Positions 9,970 to 20,768 are shown, numbered from the stretch's first letter. The stretch is DNA of 64,000 nucleotides from an uncultured Pseudomonadota bacterium (GCA_963749075.1 CAVVLJ010000016.1:320001-384000), one strand, 5' to 3'. Notes: generated by a model not told the origin, from the letters alone. Translations and numbers: made by a program.

Positions 9970-10791
9970 CTAGGTCTCGAGCAGCTTCCCCACCTCCGCC
10001 CAGCCGATCGTCTCGCGCATCCACGCAAAAGAGCCGTGCTCCTGCATGGCGCGGCTGGCCTTGACGAAGGTCGCAAGCACGTGCCGGGCGAGTGCGCCCC
10101 CCACGCTGATGCGTTTCGCGCCGGCCTCGCTTAGCTGAGACAAAGTGATGTCCGGATCGAGCCACCCCGTCACCACGTTGACCGGCAGTTTCACCGCGCG
10201 CACGACCTCGCGCACTTCTGGAATGTTCCGCAACCCGGGCGCGTAGACAACATCGGCGCCAGCTGCCTCATAAGCTTGTAGCCGCCGGATCATATCCGCC
10301 CTGTCCATCCGGCCGCGGATCAAATTCTCTGCCCGCGCCGTGAGCACGATCGGCACGGGCAGAGCACGTGCGACCTTGACCGCGGCGCGTACCCGGGCGA
10401 CCGAAAGATCGAAATCGTAAATCGGTTCCTTTGGGTCGCCGGTGAAATCCTCGATCGAGGCACCGACTGCGCCGGCCTCGGCGGCAAGGCGGATCGCCTC
10501 GGCCGCCGCCTCGGGCTCATGCGCGAAGCAATTCTCGAGATCGGCGTTGATCGGGAGATCGGTTGCATCCGCGATGATCCGACAATTCTCGATAACCTCG
10601 GCGCGGCTGACGCGGCCGTCGGCGCGGCCGAGCATCTGGGCAAGGCCCGAGCTGGTGGTCGCGAGCGCCTCGAAACCCATGCCGGCCAGCAATTTCGCGG
10701 TGCCGACTTCCCATGGATTGGGGATGATGAAGGCGCCGGGTCGCTCGTGGATCGCGCGGAATGCCTGAGCTTTCTCTGCTTGGGTGCGCAT
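9970..10791 (-). CDS. Isocitrate lyase/PEP mutase family protein
   Basis: FIIPNPWEVGTAK, ATTSSG, NADLENCF, SIEDFTG, LTARAEN, GADVVYAPG and KRISVGG motifs. Confidence 0.9.
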   Translation of the reverse strand: MRTQAEKAQAFRAIHERPGAFIIPNPWEVGTAKLLAGMGFEALATTSSGLAQMLGRADGRVSRAEVIENCRIIADATDLPINADLENCFAHEPEAAAEAIRLAAEAGAVGASIEDFTGDPKEPIYDFDLSVARVRAAVKVARALPVPIVLTARAENLIRGRMDRADMIRRLQAYEAAGADVVYAPGLRNIPEVREVVRAVKLPVNVVTGWLDPDITLSQLSEAGAKRISVGGALARHVLATFVKASRAMQEHGSFAWMRETIGWAEVGKLLET

Positions 10792-10882
10792 TTCCATCTC
10801 TCCTTTGTCCGGCGACATCGAGCTCGTGGGGAATCTCGGATTGGCGCAATCGATTGTCCAATGCATAATGTCTCTAGAGGCC

Positions 10883-10897
10883 ATCAGGAATCCTGAT
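10883..10897. promoter_or_regulatory. Palindromic candidate LysR binding site
   Basis: ATCAGGAATCCTGAT inverted repeat in the divergent intergenic region just before the LysR start. Confidence 0.4.
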
Positions 10898-10899
10898 CG

Positions 10900-11847
10900 A
10901 TGGAAATCGACGAGATCCAAACCTTCCTCACGATCGCCGAGCTCGGCGGCTTCACCCGCGCGGCGCAGCGGCTGCACCGCTCGCAGCCCGCGATCAGCCG
11001 TCGCCTGAGCATTCTCGAGCAAGAGCTCGGCGCGCCCTTGTTCGAGCGCCTGCGCGGCCGGGCGCGGCTGACCGAGGCCGGCCGCGCCTTTCTGCCCCAT
11101 GCCGAAGCGGCGTTGGCGTCTCTCAGGGATGGGCGCGATGCAGTGCACGGTCTGCAGTCGCGTATCGAGGGCACGGTCTCAGTCGCCCTCGTCGGCACGC
11201 TCGCCGACACGCACATCATCGAAGCGCTGCGCCGGTTCGCGGCCCAGTCCAAGAATATCCGGCTCGTGCTCCGCACGGCCTCGAGCCGAGAGGTGAGCGA
11301 TCTGGTGCGACGCGGCGAGGCGACCCTGGGCCTGCGCTACAACGCCAGCGAGCGGCCGGAGCTGGTCTCGTTGGATGCCGGGAGCGAGACGATGCTGGTG
11401 GTCGCGGCGCCCGGACATCGTCTGGTCGGCCGCCGGATCCGCGAGGCACGGCTATTGGCCGGCGAGCGCTGGGTCGGCTTTCCGTCGACCCCCGGCGAAC
11501 GGGGCACCGCTCAAACCCTGGAACGCCAACTGATCCGGGCCGGCCTCGAGGGTGCCGAAGTCACCCTGATCGACAGCCTGACCGCCCAGAAGCGTCTGGC
11601 ACAGGCAGGCTTCGGTCTGGCGCTGGTGCCGGAGAGCAGCGTGCGCGACGAGCTGCGGCAAGGTTCGCTGGTGGCGCTCGACATCCCGCCCATGCGAACC
11701 ACGATCCCGATCACCGCCCTTTACCGACGCGCCGGCTATCTCAGCGCGGCCGCCAAAGCCCTCCTATCGCTGCTGACGGGCGGCGCGACCCCGACGCCGA
11801 AAGCGCGCAAATCTTCGGTGACTAGACCAGTGCTCAATTCGAGGTAA
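10900..11847 (+). CDS. LysR-family transcriptional regulator
   Basis: GGFTRAAQRLHRSQPAISRRLSILEQELGAPLFER HTH; divergent from the mutase-family gene. Confidence 0.95.
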   Translation: MEIDEIQTFLTIAELGGFTRAAQRLHRSQPAISRRLSILEQELGAPLFERLRGRARLTEAGRAFLPHAEAALASLRDGRDAVHGLQSRIEGTVSVALVGTLADTHIIEALRRFAAQSKNIRLVLRTASSREVSDLVRRGEATLGLRYNASERPELVSLDAGSETMLVVAAPGHRLVGRRIREARLLAGERWVGFPSTPGERGTAQTLERQLIRAGLEGAEVTLIDSLTAQKRLAQAGFGLALVPESSVRDELRQGSLVALDIPPMRTTIPITALYRRAGYLSAAAKALLSLLTGGATPTPKARKSSVTRPVLNSR

Positions 11848-12189
11848 TCCCAATTGGCACTTCTCGGCTTCATCGAGCGGATAGGCCGCGAGATCGGGCC
11901 GCTGCATCGACCAGGAACCCTTCGGCTGCCTTCTAACCTCGATGCGGCAGCCGCAGTATCCGGCTTCCACACCCATACCGCATCCCGCCGAATGACGCCT
12001 CTCGAGGCTAGACTATGCTGACGAGGTGATTGAGTAAGGCAATCTATGTCTGGAATTGGCACCTTGCGGCGGTGCCGGCAGCGTGCGGACGCGTCCGGAG
12101 CTGAAGGAATAGCTGCTGCGCCACCGACGTGGTGCGATGGCTCAGGACGGCACATCCCCGAAGCCCCGCCTGCCACGAGCAACGGCCCA

Positions 12190-12554
12190 TTACCGATCTC
12201 AATAATCCCGTAGTTCGGTGGGTAAATCCGAGGACCGTTCACCCGTTCTATGGAGATGGCGGATTCCTTAACAAAACGGCAGAGGTATCGTTTCCATTGA
12301 CGCCCAAGCTGTTGCTCATCATGGCGTGGAAAGATGTGTTCGCCGCTGGAGCACTTGATCGAGACCCCGTCGAGCAAGTCAATAGGGCACGGGCGGCCCA
12401 TTCGGATCGGTACCTATATGCCCATCTACATGATAAAAGGCTGGTGAAGTTGGCAGCGGAGTTCAAAAATATGCGGCCCGGGATGACCAGTGAAGGGTTC
12501 GGCCCCCGGAAATTCGCTGCTGTAAAGGTGGTGCGCCGCATTCGGCAGAAATAA
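12190..12554 (+). pseudogene. 5'-truncated DUF4238-like protein
   Basis: NNPVVR...AEVSFPLTPKLLLIM...VEQVNRARAAHSDRYLYA resembles a DUF4238 C-terminus; more AT-rich; no credible N-terminus. Confidence 0.5.
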
Positions 12555-12699
12555 AGGGCGGCCCAATTTCCTACTTGCACAAAAACCCGTCTCCCTGCAC
12601 AAAAACTCAGAGATATTCAGAGGTTTGTGTGCACCGCCCCATGAGGGGGAGGGATGGGGTGGGGGGTACCCCATGCTTCAACGAAAGTGAGTGCTGGCC

Positions 12700-14493
12700 A
12701 TGGCGACCTACAAGGCCCCGCTGCGCGACATGCGCTTCGTGCTCGAGGAGCTGCTCGGCTCAGGCGAGCTCGCGAAACTGCCCGGCTATGGCGAGGCCAC
12801 GGCCAACGTGGTCGAGGCCATCCTCGAGGAGGCCGCCAAGCTCTGCGAGAACGAGCTCCTGCCGCTCAACCGAACCGGCGACGAGGAGGGCTGCCATTAC
12901 GAGAACGGCGTGGTGCGCACGCCCAAGGGCTTCAAGGAGGCCTACAAGCTCTTCACGGAGGCCGGCTGGACGGCGCTCTCCTGCGCCCCCGAATACGGCG
13001 GCCAGGGTCTGCCCAAGGTGGTGAGCCTCGCCGTCGAGGAGATGATCTGCTCGGCCAATCTCTCCTTCGGCATGTATCCCGGCTTGAGCCTCGGCGCCTA
13101 CAACGCGATCGAGGTCCATGCCTCTGAGGCGCTCAAGACGCTCTATCTCCCCAAGCTCGCCGCCGGCACCTGGGCCGGCACCATGTGCCTGACCGAGCCC
13201 CAATGCGGCACCGACTTGGGCCTCGTGCGCACGCGCGCCGAGCCCGACGGCGACGGCGCCTACAAGATCACCGGCACCAAGATCTTCATCTCGGCCGGCG
13301 AGCACGACCTTGCCGAGAACATCATCCATCTCGTGCTGGCGCGCCTCCCGGATGCGCCGACGGGAACGCGCGGCATCACCCTCTTCCTGGTGCCCAAGTT
13401 CCTCCCCGATGCCGCGGGCGGGCCGGGTGTGCAGAACGGCGTGCGCTGCGGCTCGATCGAGCACAAGATGGGGATCAAGGCCTCGTCAACTTGCGTGATG
13501 AACTTCGACGCGGCGAAGGGCTGGCTCGTCGGCCGGCCGAACGAGGGCATGCGCGCCATGTTCGTGATGATGAACGAGGCGCGCCTGGGCGTCGGCATCC
13601 AGGGCCTGGGGCTCGCCGAGACCGCCTACCAGAGTGCCGCCGCCTACGCCAAGGAGCGCCTCGCCGGCCGCTCGCTCGCCGGTGCCAAGCGCCCCGACCA
13701 GCCGGCCGATCCCATCATCGTGCATCCCGACGTACGGCGCATGCTGCTCACCATGCGCGCGCAAGTCCAGGCGGCGCGGGCGCTCGCCTATTGGGTCGGC
13801 ATCGAGAGCGACAAGGCGAGGAAGCATCCCGATCCCGCCGCGCGCGAGGCGGCGGACGATCTCGTGGCGCTCATGACGCCCGTCATCAAGGCCGCCTTCA
13901 CCGACCTGGGCTTCGAGGCGGCCAACCTCGCGGTGCAGACCTACGGCGGGCACGGCTACATCCGCGAGAACGGCGTCGAGCAGCTGGTGCGCGACGCGCG
14001 CATCACCCAGCTCTACGAGGGCGCCAACGGCATCCAGGCGCTCGACCTCGTCGGGCGCAAGCTCGGCCAGCACGTGGGCCGCCTCTTGCGCCGCTTCTTC
14101 CACCCCGCACTCGCCTTCGTCGAGGCGCACCAGGCGGATTCGGCGATGGCCGAGTTCATACTACCATTCGCCAAGGCGCTCGGCCGCCTGCAGCAGGCGA
14201 CCGCCTGGCTCGCGGAGCAGGGCTTGCGCGACCCCGAGGAGGCGGGTGCCGCGGCCTCGGACTATCTCAAGCTCATGGCGCTCACCGCCTTCGGCTACAT
14301 GTGGTGCCGCATGGCCGAGGTGGCGCTCGCCAAGCGCACCGATGACGCCGCTCGCGACAAGGAGTTCTACGAGGCCAAGCTCGCCACCGCGCGCTTCTTC
14401 ATGGCGCGCCTGTTGCCCCAGACCGGGACGCTCTTCGCCACCCTCATGGCCGGGAAGAAACCGCTCATGGCGCTCGCCGAGGCGGCGTTCTGA
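12700..14493 (+). CDS. Acyl-CoA dehydrogenase (long type with C-terminal domain)
   Basis: MATYKAPLRDMRF, GTMCLTEPQCGTDL, ITGTKIFISAGEHD, EHKMGI, GGHGYI and YEGANGIQA motifs. Confidence 0.95.
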   Translation: MATYKAPLRDMRFVLEELLGSGELAKLPGYGEATANVVEAILEEAAKLCENELLPLNRTGDEEGCHYENGVVRTPKGFKEAYKLFTEAGWTALSCAPEYGGQGLPKVVSLAVEEMICSANLSFGMYPGLSLGAYNAIEVHASEALKTLYLPKLAAGTWAGTMCLTEPQCGTDLGLVRTRAEPDGDGAYKITGTKIFISAGEHDLAENIIHLVLARLPDAPTGTRGITLFLVPKFLPDAAGGPGVQNGVRCGSIEHKMGIKASSTCVMNFDAAKGWLVGRPNEGMRAMFVMMNEARLGVGIQGLGLAETAYQSAAAYAKERLAGRSLAGAKRPDQPADPIIVHPDVRRMLLTMRAQVQAARALAYWVGIESDKARKHPDPAAREAADDLVALMTPVIKAAFTDLGFEAANLAVQTYGGHGYIRENGVEQLVRDARITQLYEGANGIQALDLVGRKLGQHVGRLLRRFFHPALAFVEAHQADSAMAEFILPFAKALGRLQQATAWLAEQGLRDPEEAGAAASDYLKLMALTAFGYMWCRMAEVALAKRTDDAARDKEFYEAKLATARFFMARLLPQTGTLFATLMAGKKPLMALAEAAF

Positions 14494-14584
14494 GGGGGCG
14501 GCCGCTCGTGCGGCCCGCCATTGCCTAAGCCCCGGCCCGCCTTTATCGTGGCGCGCGCGGAAGTGCGGGCAATGGAGGTGGGGG

Positions 14585-15202
14585 ATGGCAGAGCCCAGGC
14601 GGCTCATCGTGGGCTTGAGTGGTGCTTCCGGCGTCATCTACGGCGTGCGCGCGCTCGAGCTCTTGAAGGGCAGCGGGGTCGAGACCCATCTCGTCATGTC
14701 GCGCTCGGCCGAGGTCACGCTCGCCTACGAGACCCGCCTCAAGGTCAAGGAGGTGCAGGCCTTGGCCGACGTGGTGCATCCCATCCACGACATCGGCGCC
14801 GCGATCTCGAGCGGCTCGTACCGCACGCTCGGCATGCTCGTGGCACCCTGCTCGATCCGCACGCTCTCCGAGATCGCGACCGGCGTCACCTCGACCCTCC
14901 TCACGCGTGCCGCCGACGTGGCGCTCAAGGAGCGCCGCCGCCTCGTCCTCATGCTGCGCGAGACGCCGCTCCACACCGGGCACTTGCGGACCATGACCGC
15001 GGCCTCCGAGATGGGGGCGATCCTGGCGCCGCCCATTCCGGCCTTCTACTTCGGGCCCGAGACGGTCGACGACATCGTCAACCAGTCGGTCGGCCGCGCC
15101 CTCGACCTTTTCGGCATCGACCTCGGCATCGTCAAGCGCTGGGGCGAGGGGGGGAGCGGCGAGGCGAGGCAGCGCAACCCCGCCCGGCGCCGCTCGCGCT
15201 GA
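14585..15202 (+). CDS. ubiX: UbiX-family flavin prenyltransferase
   Basis: IVGLSGASGVIYG, ISSGS, APCS, RAADVALKERRRLVLMLRETP and PAFY motifs. Confidence 0.93.
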   Translation: MAEPRRLIVGLSGASGVIYGVRALELLKGSGVETHLVMSRSAEVTLAYETRLKVKEVQALADVVHPIHDIGAAISSGSYRTLGMLVAPCSIRTLSEIATGVTSTLLTRAADVALKERRRLVLMLRETPLHTGHLRTMTAASEMGAILAPPIPAFYFGPETVDDIVNQSVGRALDLFGIDLGIVKRWGEGGSGEARQRNPARRRSR

Positions 15203-15334
15203 GGCTCCGCCGCCCGGCCGAAATTTGGTGGACCCTCTTGCCGGGTCTGGTAGAATGCCTCGTTGATTTCGCTGCTGGAGACTCGTGACGGTTGTCACTT
15301 CTCAGCGCAGCAACTGCCACTAATATCCGCCGCC

Positions 15335-15967
15335 ATGCTGAACCGCCGAACGCTCCTCATCGCCGCCTGTTGTGCCGCATGGTGGCCCGCGTTGGTCTCG
15401 CGCGGCGCCCGCGCGGGCGATCTGCCGGAGGAGGCCTCCCGCTTCGTCGCCCAGGTCGCCGAACAGGCCATCGGCGTCGTCAAGCGCAAATCGCTCAGCA
15501 GGGAAGAGCGCATCAAGGCCCTCAACGACATTCTTCTGCAGAATTTCGACGTGCCCGCGATGGCGCTCTTTGCCCTCGGCACCTATGCGGGCCGGGCCTT
15601 GGCCGAGCAGCGCGACGCCTATATCGACGCGTTCAAGTCCTATGTCATCGAGCATTACTTCGCGCGCCTCGACCAGATCGGCGACGTCTTCACCATCGGC
15701 AAGGCGGCGCCCGACGGCGAGAATGTCGCCTGGGTGCAGAGCTGGGTCGGCGGCGCGAACGACAGCAATCCCTTCAGGGTGGAGTGGCGGGTACGCCGGG
15801 AGGACGGCGCGCTCAAGATCTTCGACGTCATCGTCCAGGGCTCGAGCCTGATGTGGATCCAGCGCACCGACTTCGCCACGGTGCTCCAGCGCAACAACGG
15901 CAGCATCGCGCGCTTGACCGAGCTCATGCGCAAGCAGAAGGTCGTTAGCGACACGCCGAACGGCTAG
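15335..15967 (+). CDS. MlaC/Ttg2D-family periplasmic lipid-binding protein
   Basis: Twin-Arg-like signal (NRRTLL); NFDVPAMALFALG and VEWRVR...KIFDVIVQGSSL...QRTDF motifs. Confidence 0.85.
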   Translation: MLNRRTLLIAACCAAWWPALVSRGARAGDLPEEASRFVAQVAEQAIGVVKRKSLSREERIKALNDILLQNFDVPAMALFALGTYAGRALAEQRDAYIDAFKSYVIEHYFARLDQIGDVFTIGKAAPDGENVAWVQSWVGGANDSNPFRVEWRVRREDGALKIFDVIVQGSSLMWIQRTDFATVLQRNNGSIARLTELMRKQKVVSDTPNG

Positions 15968-16085
15968 GGCGCCTCGGCCTCCGCCCTTGCATTCCCATTG
16001 CCAATCGCCCGGCGAAAGCGGAAGACTCGGCGCGCGTGGCGCCGGTGCCGGCTGCCGGTCGGCCTGGCGGGGAGCGGAGGGGCGC

Positions 16086-17534
16086 ATGGCTCACGGCCAC
16101 ATCGGCGATCTCGCGGCGATCATCGCGGACCTCGACGCGCACGGCCGGCTCGTGCGCATCCGCTCCGAGGTCGCCCTCGAGCACGATCTCGCAGGTCTTG
16201 CCGCCAAGCTCGAGGGGGGCCCGCGCGCGGTGCTCTTCGAGCGCGTCAAGGGCCACACGGTGCCGGTCTTCACCGGGCTCTACTGGTCGCGCGAGCTCCT
16301 CGCCCAGCTCATGCGCCGTCCGGAGCGCACGCTCCCCCAATATGTCTCGGACTGCATCAAGGCCTGGCAGATGCGGCCGCGGCCGCCGGTCATGGTGGCG
16401 GGCGGCCCGGTCCTCGAGGTGACGGAGCGCCAAGTCGATCTCGCGCGCATGCCGGTGCCGATCCATGCCGTCGGGGACGGCGGCCCCTATTTCGATGCCG
16501 GCGTCGTCATCGCCATCGACCCCGAGAACGGCGTGCGCAACGCCTCGATCCAGCGCTTCATGGTGGAGAACCGCAACACGCTCCACGTCAACATCGACGC
16601 GGGCCGCCACCTCGAGCTCTATCTCAACAAGGCGGCAGCGCTCGGGAAGTCCTTGCCCTTCTCGCTCAATATCGGGGTCGGTCCCGGCCTCCACTTCGCA
16701 GCAGCTACGCCCGCCGAGGCGGCACCCGCCGACACCGACGAGCTCGGCATCGCGAGCGAGTTCCACGATGCACCCCTCGAGCTCGTGAGCGGCAAGGTGC
16801 TGCCCGTGCACATGGTGGCGAACGCCATGTACGCGCTCGAATGCGAGATGATCCCGGGCGAGCTCGCCCCCGAGGGGCCGTTCGCCGAGGTGACCAACTA
16901 TTACGCCAAGCGGGCACCGCGCCCGGTCGTGCACGTGCGCGCCATCCATCGCCGCGCGAACCCGGTATTCCACACCATCCTCTCGGGCGTCGAGGTGTGG
17001 AACTCGGTCGGCCTCTTGGGCGAGGCCAACGTGCTCGCCCTCCTCCAGCGCCAGGTGCCCGGCGTGCGCGACGTCTACTTCAGCCACGGCGGCTGCGGCT
17101 TCTACCACGCCGTCGTGCAACTCCAGCAGAAGCGCGCCGGCTGGTCGAAGCAGGCGATCATGGCCGCCTTTGCCGCCTTCCCGCCGCTCAAGATGGTGAC
17201 CGTGGTCGACGACGACGTGGACATCAGGAGCGCGAGCGACGTGGAGTGGGCGATGGCGACGCGGCTCGATGCCGAGCACGGCATCCTCCGCATCGGCCAG
17301 GTCTTCGGCCACGGGCTCAACCCGAGCTTCCCCGACTACATCGGCACCAAGGTCGGCTTCGATTGCTGCCGCCCTTATCCGCACACGTCGGATTACGACC
17401 GCGCCTCCTACAAGGCGATGACGCTCGCGGGCGTCGACATGGCGGTGCCGGAGATCAGCAAGCCCGAAGCACCCGCGAAGAAGAAGAAAGCGCGCGCCTC
17501 GGGCCGGCTCGCACCCGGCGGCAGCGCGATGTAG
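16086..17534 (+). CDS. UbiD-family prFMN-dependent (de)carboxylase
   Basis: DGGPYF, RNASIQR, EGPFAEVTNYY, VVDDDVDI and VEWAMATR motifs. Confidence 0.92.
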   Translation: MAHGHIGDLAAIIADLDAHGRLVRIRSEVALEHDLAGLAAKLEGGPRAVLFERVKGHTVPVFTGLYWSRELLAQLMRRPERTLPQYVSDCIKAWQMRPRPPVMVAGGPVLEVTERQVDLARMPVPIHAVGDGGPYFDAGVVIAIDPENGVRNASIQRFMVENRNTLHVNIDAGRHLELYLNKAAALGKSLPFSLNIGVGPGLHFAAATPAEAAPADTDELGIASEFHDAPLELVSGKVLPVHMVANAMYALECEMIPGELAPEGPFAEVTNYYAKRAPRPVVHVRAIHRRANPVFHTILSGVEVWNSVGLLGEANVLALLQRQVPGVRDVYFSHGGCGFYHAVVQLQQKRAGWSKQAIMAAFAAFPPLKMVTVVDDDVDIRSASDVEWAMATRLDAEHGILRIGQVFGHGLNPSFPDYIGTKVGFDCCRPYPHTSDYDRASYKAMTLAGVDMAVPEISKPEAPAKKKKARASGRLAPGGSAM

Positions 17535-17552
17535 GGCGGAGGGCGGAGCGGT

Positions 17553-17640
17553 CCCTCACCCGGCTCGCTGCGCTCGCCACCCTCTCCCGCAAGCGGGAGA
17601 GGGAAGGGGCCCATCGCGCAAGCGATGGGAAGGGTGAGGG
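17553..17640. repeat. REP-like palindromic element (CCCTCTCCCGC/GCGGGAGAGGG family) between convergent genes
   Basis: Hairpins CCCTCTCCCGCAAGCGGGAGAGGG and CCCATCGCGCAAGCGATGGG within outer CCCTCACCC/GGGTGAGGG; near copy at 40690-40833. Confidence 0.8.
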
Positions 17641-17656
17641 ACAGCTGCGCCGCCGC

Positions 17657-19024
17657 CTACTCCGCCGCCACCTTTGGCAATGCCGCGAGCGAACTGGTGA
17701 GTTCCGCGGCGTCGTAGTCGCGGTCCTCGAGCTTGCCGGCGAAGTAATCGATATAGGCCTGCATGTCGAAATGGCCGTGGCCGCAGAGGTTGAAGAGGAT
17801 GGCGCGCGCGGTGCCCTCCTCCTTGCAGACGAGCGCCTCGTCGATCGCCGCCTTGACCGCGTGGTTGGCCTCGGGCGCCGGCAGGATGCCCTCCGTGCGC
17901 GCGAACTTGACGCCCGCGTCGAAGCAGGGCGTCTGGTGGTAGGCGCGCGATTCGATGAGGCCGAGCTCCTGGATCAGGCTCACGAGCGGCGCCATGCCGT
18001 GATAGCGCAAGCCGCCCGCGTGGAAGCCCGGCGGCACGAAGGCGGAGCCGAGGGTGTGCATCTTGACGAGCGGCGTGAGGTGTCCGGTGTCGCCGAAGTC
18101 GTAGGCGTATCTGCCGCGCGTGAGCGTCGGGCAGGCCGAGGGCTCGACGGCGATGACGCGCACCTTCCTGCCGCCGCGCAGCTGGGCGCCCAGGAAGGGG
18201 AAGGCGATGCCTGCGAAATTGCTGCCGCCGCCCGTGCAGCCGATGACGATGTCGGGATAGTCGTCCGCCGTCTCGAGCTGGGCCAAGGCCTCCTGGCCGA
18301 TCACGGTCTGGTGCAGGAGCACGTGGTTGAGCACGCTGCCGAGGGCGTATTTGGTGTCGCCGTGCTGGGCCGCCACCTCGACCGCCTCGCTGATGGCCAT
18401 GCCTAAGCTCCCGGTCGAATCCGGGTGCGCCGCGAGGATCTGCCGCCCGGCCGCGGTCTCGGCGCTCGGGCTCGCCACGCATTCGGCACCCCAGGCCTCC
18501 ATCAGCGCCTTGCGGTAGGGCTTCTGCTGGAAGCTCACCTTGACCATGAAGACCTTGACCTCGAGGCCGAAGAGGGCGCCGGCGAAGGCCAGCGCCGAGC
18601 CCCATTGCCCGGCACCGGTCTCGGTCACGAGGCGCGCGACACCGGCCTCCTTGTTGTAGAAGGCCTGGGCGACCGCGGTGTTGGGCTTGTGGCTGCCGGC
18701 CGGGCTGACGCCCTCGTACTTGTAATAGATGCGCGCCGGCGTGCCCAAGGCCGCCTCGAGGCGCCGCGCGCGGAAGAGCGGCGTGGGCCGCCACTGGCGG
18801 TAGATGTCGCGCACCGGCTCGGGGATTTCGATTGCGCGCTCGGCCGAGACCTCCTGCTGGATGAGGGCCATGGGGAAGAGCGGCTCGAGATCGGCGGGCC
18901 CGATCGGCTTCAGCGTGCCCGGGTGGAGCGGCGGTTCGGGCGGCCGCGGCAGGTCGGCCAAGATGTTGTACCAGGCCTTGGGAATGCGCTGCTCGTCGAG
19001 CACGTATTTCACGGTTGCGGACAT
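17657..19024 (-). CDS. trpB2: TrpB2 (TrpB-like PLP-dependent enzyme)
   Basis: [48 protein letters not shown] and NLCGHG motifs. Confidence 0.93.
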   Translation of the reverse strand: MSATVKYVLDEQRIPKAWYNILADLPRPPEPPLHPGTLKPIGPADLEPLFPMALIQQEVSAERAIEIPEPVRDIYRQWRPTPLFRARRLEAALGTPARIYYKYEGVSPAGSHKPNTAVAQAFYNKEAGVARLVTETGAGQWGSALAFAGALFGLEVKVFMVKVSFQQKPYRKALMEAWGAECVASPSAETAAGRQILAAHPDSTGSLGMAISEAVEVAAQHGDTKYALGSVLNHVLLHQTVIGQEALAQLETADDYPDIVIGCTGGGSNFAGIAFPFLGAQLRGGRKVRVIAVEPSACPTLTRGRYAYDFGDTGHLTPLVKMHTLGSAFVPPGFHAGGLRYHGMAPLVSLIQELGLIESRAYHQTPCFDAGVKFARTEGILPAPEANHAVKAAIDEALVCKEEGTARAILFNLCGHGHFDMQAYIDYFAGKLEDRDYDAAELTSSLAALPKVAAE

Positions 19025-19173
19025 CGCAAGCCCTCCCAGAAGCCCCGGTGCGGGGCGGGGATTTTAGGGGTATCTCTTTGTGGCGGCAACGGAAATGGCG
19101 CCCGCGCCGATTGCGCTAGTGCGCCGCTTCGGCTAGTTTGAAGCCGCTCATGCGCGCAATCCCGGGCCCCATC

Positions 19174-20592
19174 ATGACCGCGCCCAACCGCCAGCAGGTG
19201 CTGCTCGTCGAGGACACGGCATCGCTCGCCCGCGTCTACACCGAATATCTGCGCAAGGAGCCCTACGAGCTCTCCCACGCGGAGACGGGTGCTGCGGCGC
19301 TCGAGCGCATCGCGCGCCAGCCGCCCGACGCCATCCTCCTCGACCTCGGGCTCCCCGACATGAACGGCCTCGAGATCCTGAAACACGTGAAGAGCGCGGA
19401 GCTGCCGACCTCGGTCGTCGTCATCACCGCACACGGCTCGATCGCCACCGCCGTCGAGGCCATGCGCGCGGGCGCCTACGATTTCCTCGTCAAGCCCTTC
19501 AGCGCCGACCGCCTGCTCGTCACCCTGCGCAACGCGCTCGAGCGCCAGCACCTGGCCCGCATCGTCGCGACCCTCAAGGACGACTTCGGGCGCGAGCAGT
19601 ATTTCGGCTTCATCGGCGCCTCGCTCGCCATGCAGAGCGTCTACCGCATCGTCGACAGTGCGGCGGGCAGCAAGGCCACGATCTTCATCACCGGCGAGAG
19701 CGGCACGGGCAAGGAGGTCTGCGCCCAGGCGGTGCACCAGCGGAGCCCGCGCCATGCCGCGCCCTTCGTCGCGATCAATTGCGCCGCCATCCCGCGCGAT
19801 CTCATGGAGAGCGAGATCTTCGGCCATGTGAAGGGCGCCTTCACCGGTGCCGTGGCCGAGCACGAGGGTGCCGCCGCGCGCGCGCACGAGGGCACGCTCT
19901 TCCTCGACGAGATCTGCGAGATGGACCTCGATCTGCAGACCAAGCTCCTGCGCTTCGTGCAGACCGGGAGCTTCGTCAAGGTCGGCGGCCGTACCACCGA
20001 GAAGGTCGACGTGCGCTTCATCTGCGCGAGCAACAAGGACCCGCTCAAGGAGGTCGAGGCCGGCCGCTTCCGCGAGGACCTCTATTACCGCCTCCACGTC
20101 ATCCCGGTGCATTTGCCGCCCTTGCGCGAGCGCGACGAGGACGTGATGGCCTTGGCGCGCCATTTCCTGACGCTCTTTGCGCGCGAGGAGAAGAAGCGCT
20201 TCCAGGCCCTCTCGCCCGAGGTCGAGGCGGTCTTCCGGAGCTATGCCTGGCCGGGCAACGTGCGCCAGCTGCAGAACGTGCTGCGCAACATCGTCGTGCT
20301 CAACGACGGCGAGACGGTGACGCGCGAGATGCTGCCCCCGCCGCTCGACCGTGTCGAGGCGCAGGGGCACACGACGGCGCCGGGCGCTCCGCGCGCCGCG
20401 CCACCGGCCGCCCCGGCCGACGGCGGCTCGCCGGGAAGCATCCGCCCGCTCTGGGAAGTCGAGAAGGAGACCATCGAGGAGGCCATCCGGCGCTGCCAGG
20501 GCAATATCCCCAAGGCCGCGACCCAGCTCGGCATCAGCGCCTCCACCATCTACCGCAAGCGCATGAGCTGGCAGGCGGGAGGGGATGGGTGA
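19174..20592 (+). CDS. Sigma54-dependent response regulator (REC-AAA-HTH), LuxO-like
   Basis: VEDTASLA and LLDLGLPD receiver; ITGESGTGKE, GAFTGA, FLDEICEMDLDLQTKLLRF, WPGNVRQLQNVLRN; IRPLW and STIYRK. Confidence 0.93.
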   Translation: MTAPNRQQVLLVEDTASLARVYTEYLRKEPYELSHAETGAAALERIARQPPDAILLDLGLPDMNGLEILKHVKSAELPTSVVVITAHGSIATAVEAMRAGAYDFLVKPFSADRLLVTLRNALERQHLARIVATLKDDFGREQYFGFIGASLAMQSVYRIVDSAAGSKATIFITGESGTGKEVCAQAVHQRSPRHAAPFVAINCAAIPRDLMESEIFGHVKGAFTGAVAEHEGAAARAHEGTLFLDEICEMDLDLQTKLLRFVQTGSFVKVGGRTTEKVDVRFICASNKDPLKEVEAGRFREDLYYRLHVIPVHLPPLRERDEDVMALARHFLTLFAREEKKRFQALSPEVEAVFRSYAWPGNVRQLQNVLRNIVVLNDGETVTREMLPPPLDRVEAQGHTTAPGAPRAAPPAAPADGGSPGSIRPLWEVEKETIEEAIRRCQGNIPKAATQLGISASTIYRKRMSWQAGGDG

Positions 20593-20627
20593 GAGCACGC
20601 CGGCACTTAACGTCCTTGAAGCCGGCG

Positions 20628-20730
20628 TCACCCCCTCCCCACCCTCCCCCCTCAAGGGGGAGGGGGCGGTTTGTTGCATTGACACGCCGTTTCCCTCCCC
20701 CCTTGAGGGGGAGGGTTAGGGAGGGGGGTG
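20628..20730. repeat. REP-like inverted pair (CCCTCCCCCCTCAAGGGGGAGGG family)
   Basis: Two inverted hairpin units between convergent genes; closely related pair at 24787-24885. Confidence 0.8.
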
Positions 20731-20768
20731 CGATGCCTCGACGGTGGCAGTAACCAAGCCCCGCCCTC

